A stretch of DNA of 64,000 nt from Microthyrium microscopicum (Eukaryota), in assembly GCA_010405405.1 (NCBI GenBank), contig MU004231.1:3528401-3592400 (forward strand), given 5' to 3'. Under the pieces are notes generated by a model. The model ran no database searches, was not told the DNA's origin, and saw nothing but the letters and a program-made list of their open reading frames with translations. The position numbers were made by a program, and so were the translations under genes. Of the stretch, positions 62,720 to 64,000 are shown piece by piece. Within the stretch, counting starts at the first letter, position 1, and every line of letters starts with the position of its first letter.

Positions 62720-64000
62720 CGTAATTAATTTTATTCTATATCTATCTACTACTTTTTATTAAATAATAATACTACTCTACTTAATAATTAAGATATCTTT
62801 ACTAATAAATTTATCTTTATGCTTTAAGCATAAAGCTCTAGCAAGATAGCTTATAAGTAAGCTAAATTAATAGCTAGTATAGCTATATTAACCTTTAGCT
62901 TCTTCTTCTTCTACTATACTAGTAAGGCTATAGTAGAAGTAAACTAAGCCCTATAGCTAGTAAACTTACTTACTAAACTCTCTATAACCTTTACTTACTT
63001 AGTAGCTTTCTTATTTATACTTAATAATATATACTTTTTAACGCTTTAATAAGAGTTAACTAGGTTAGCTATTACCTTATTAAAGGCACGTTAAAGGCGC
63101 TTACTTTACTCTTTTAACTTTACTAGTATTTTACTATAATATTAGAAAAGGCAAAAGATTAAAAGCAAAGATATACTTATAGCCTTATATTTAGAATATT
63201 ACTCTTTATAATAAGAGTAAGGATGCTAGCTAGGGCTAGCTTAACTATAAATATAAGTAATTACTATAGTAAGCACGTTAGAACTAACTAGGTACTTACT
63301 ATTAAGTAACTCTATATAATAGTATAATACTTAAAGATAGTATAAATAAATTCTTATACTAAGGGTATATATAATTTATATTATAATAGTTAATACTATA
63401 TATAAAAAAATACTAAAAGACTTATAATAGGAGTTAAGATAGAATTAACTAATTTTATATCTAAGGATAAAGCAGTATTTTTAATATTTATAAATAAAGT
63501 AGTTTTTACTTTCTTTAGAGATAATAGAAGGAGGGTACCTATAGGTATAGAATATTTACTAAGTACCTAAAAATATAAAGAAGAGAAGAAAAGAAAGCCT
63601 ATAGAGAACTTACTCTTAGAAGAGAAATTAAGAAAAGTAAGAGGTATAATAAAAACTTAGAGAAAAAAAAGTAACTAAAACTACGTAGATTTAAAATACT
63701 TTATACTCTAAAAGTAGACTATATAAACTATTAGAAACTTAGAAGTAGCTATTTAGTAGCCTATTATATAGTATTAAAGAGCGTAGATTAATAGAAAAAA
63801 CTTAGCTAAAAGGTATTATAAATACCTTACTTAATAGGTATTAAAAGAGAGGGCTTAATATAGTTAAGAGCTATAGCAATACTAAAGCCTATTAAGAGTA
63901 AAAATTAATTATAAAAACTTAGAAATACGTATTATATACGCTTATTATAAAACTATATAGAAAGTTAACTATATAAGGATAATAGCTATAAGCCCTTAAA
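62720..64000. mobile_element. Unassigned RIP-degraded repeat sequence
   Basis: Same RIP signature as the preceding block; no motif could be confidently recovered. Confidence 0.5.

Larger units (their letters stand above)
54930..64000. other. AT-rich block heavily mutated by repeat-induced point mutation (RIP)
   Basis: Abrupt compositional switch, strong TpA excess, near absence of CpA/TpG, no ORFs in the track, and TE motifs recoverable by reverting T->C and A->G. Confidence 0.95.

Noticed and set aside
1..64000. tRNA, rRNA, riboswitch or CRISPR array
   Set aside because: No cloverleaf with box A/B, rRNA motifs or repeat-spacer arrays seen by eye; a tRNAscan/Infernal run is needed to exclude small ncRNAs.
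54930..64000. Mitochondrial insertion or foreign AT-rich DNA
   Set aside because: The dinucleotide pattern and recoverable TE motifs indicate RIP-mutated nuclear transposons.

Overview
Eukaryotic genomic DNA from a filamentous ascomycete (Pezizomycotina-type short GT-AG introns with CTRAY branch sites). Bases 1 to ~54,850 are gene-dense euchromatin with about 26 reconstructable genes. Most are housekeeping: p24/Erp1, Tctex dynein light chain, SRP19, DBP6, PIG-A/GPI3, GOT1, Aurora kinase, TIP41, eIF3a, G-protein gamma, QRI7. The rest are secreted or accessory genes: GH54 arabinofuranosidase, aspartic protease, DUF3455, MFS and APC transporters, GFA protein, Zn2Cys6 factor, PTH11-like protein, methyltransferase. 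At ~54,930 the sequence switches abruptly to an extremely AT-rich, RIP-mutated block. Back-translation shows a DUF6589/AcademH-like DNA transposase followed by, and probably interrupted by, a near full-length Tad1-type LINE. The strongest novel observations are (1) an intact 3-exon secreted GH16 (Lam16A-like) gene that has lost its catalytic nucleophile motif, a candidate non-catalytic beta-glucan-binding protein; (2) an F-box-like protein carrying a Pol-beta-type nucleotidyltransferase signature; and (3) the RIP-masked transposon with a GC-rich structured left end ~130 bp from the QRI7 start. All exon models were derived by hand from splice signals and reading frame. Family assignments come from motif recognition, not database searches.
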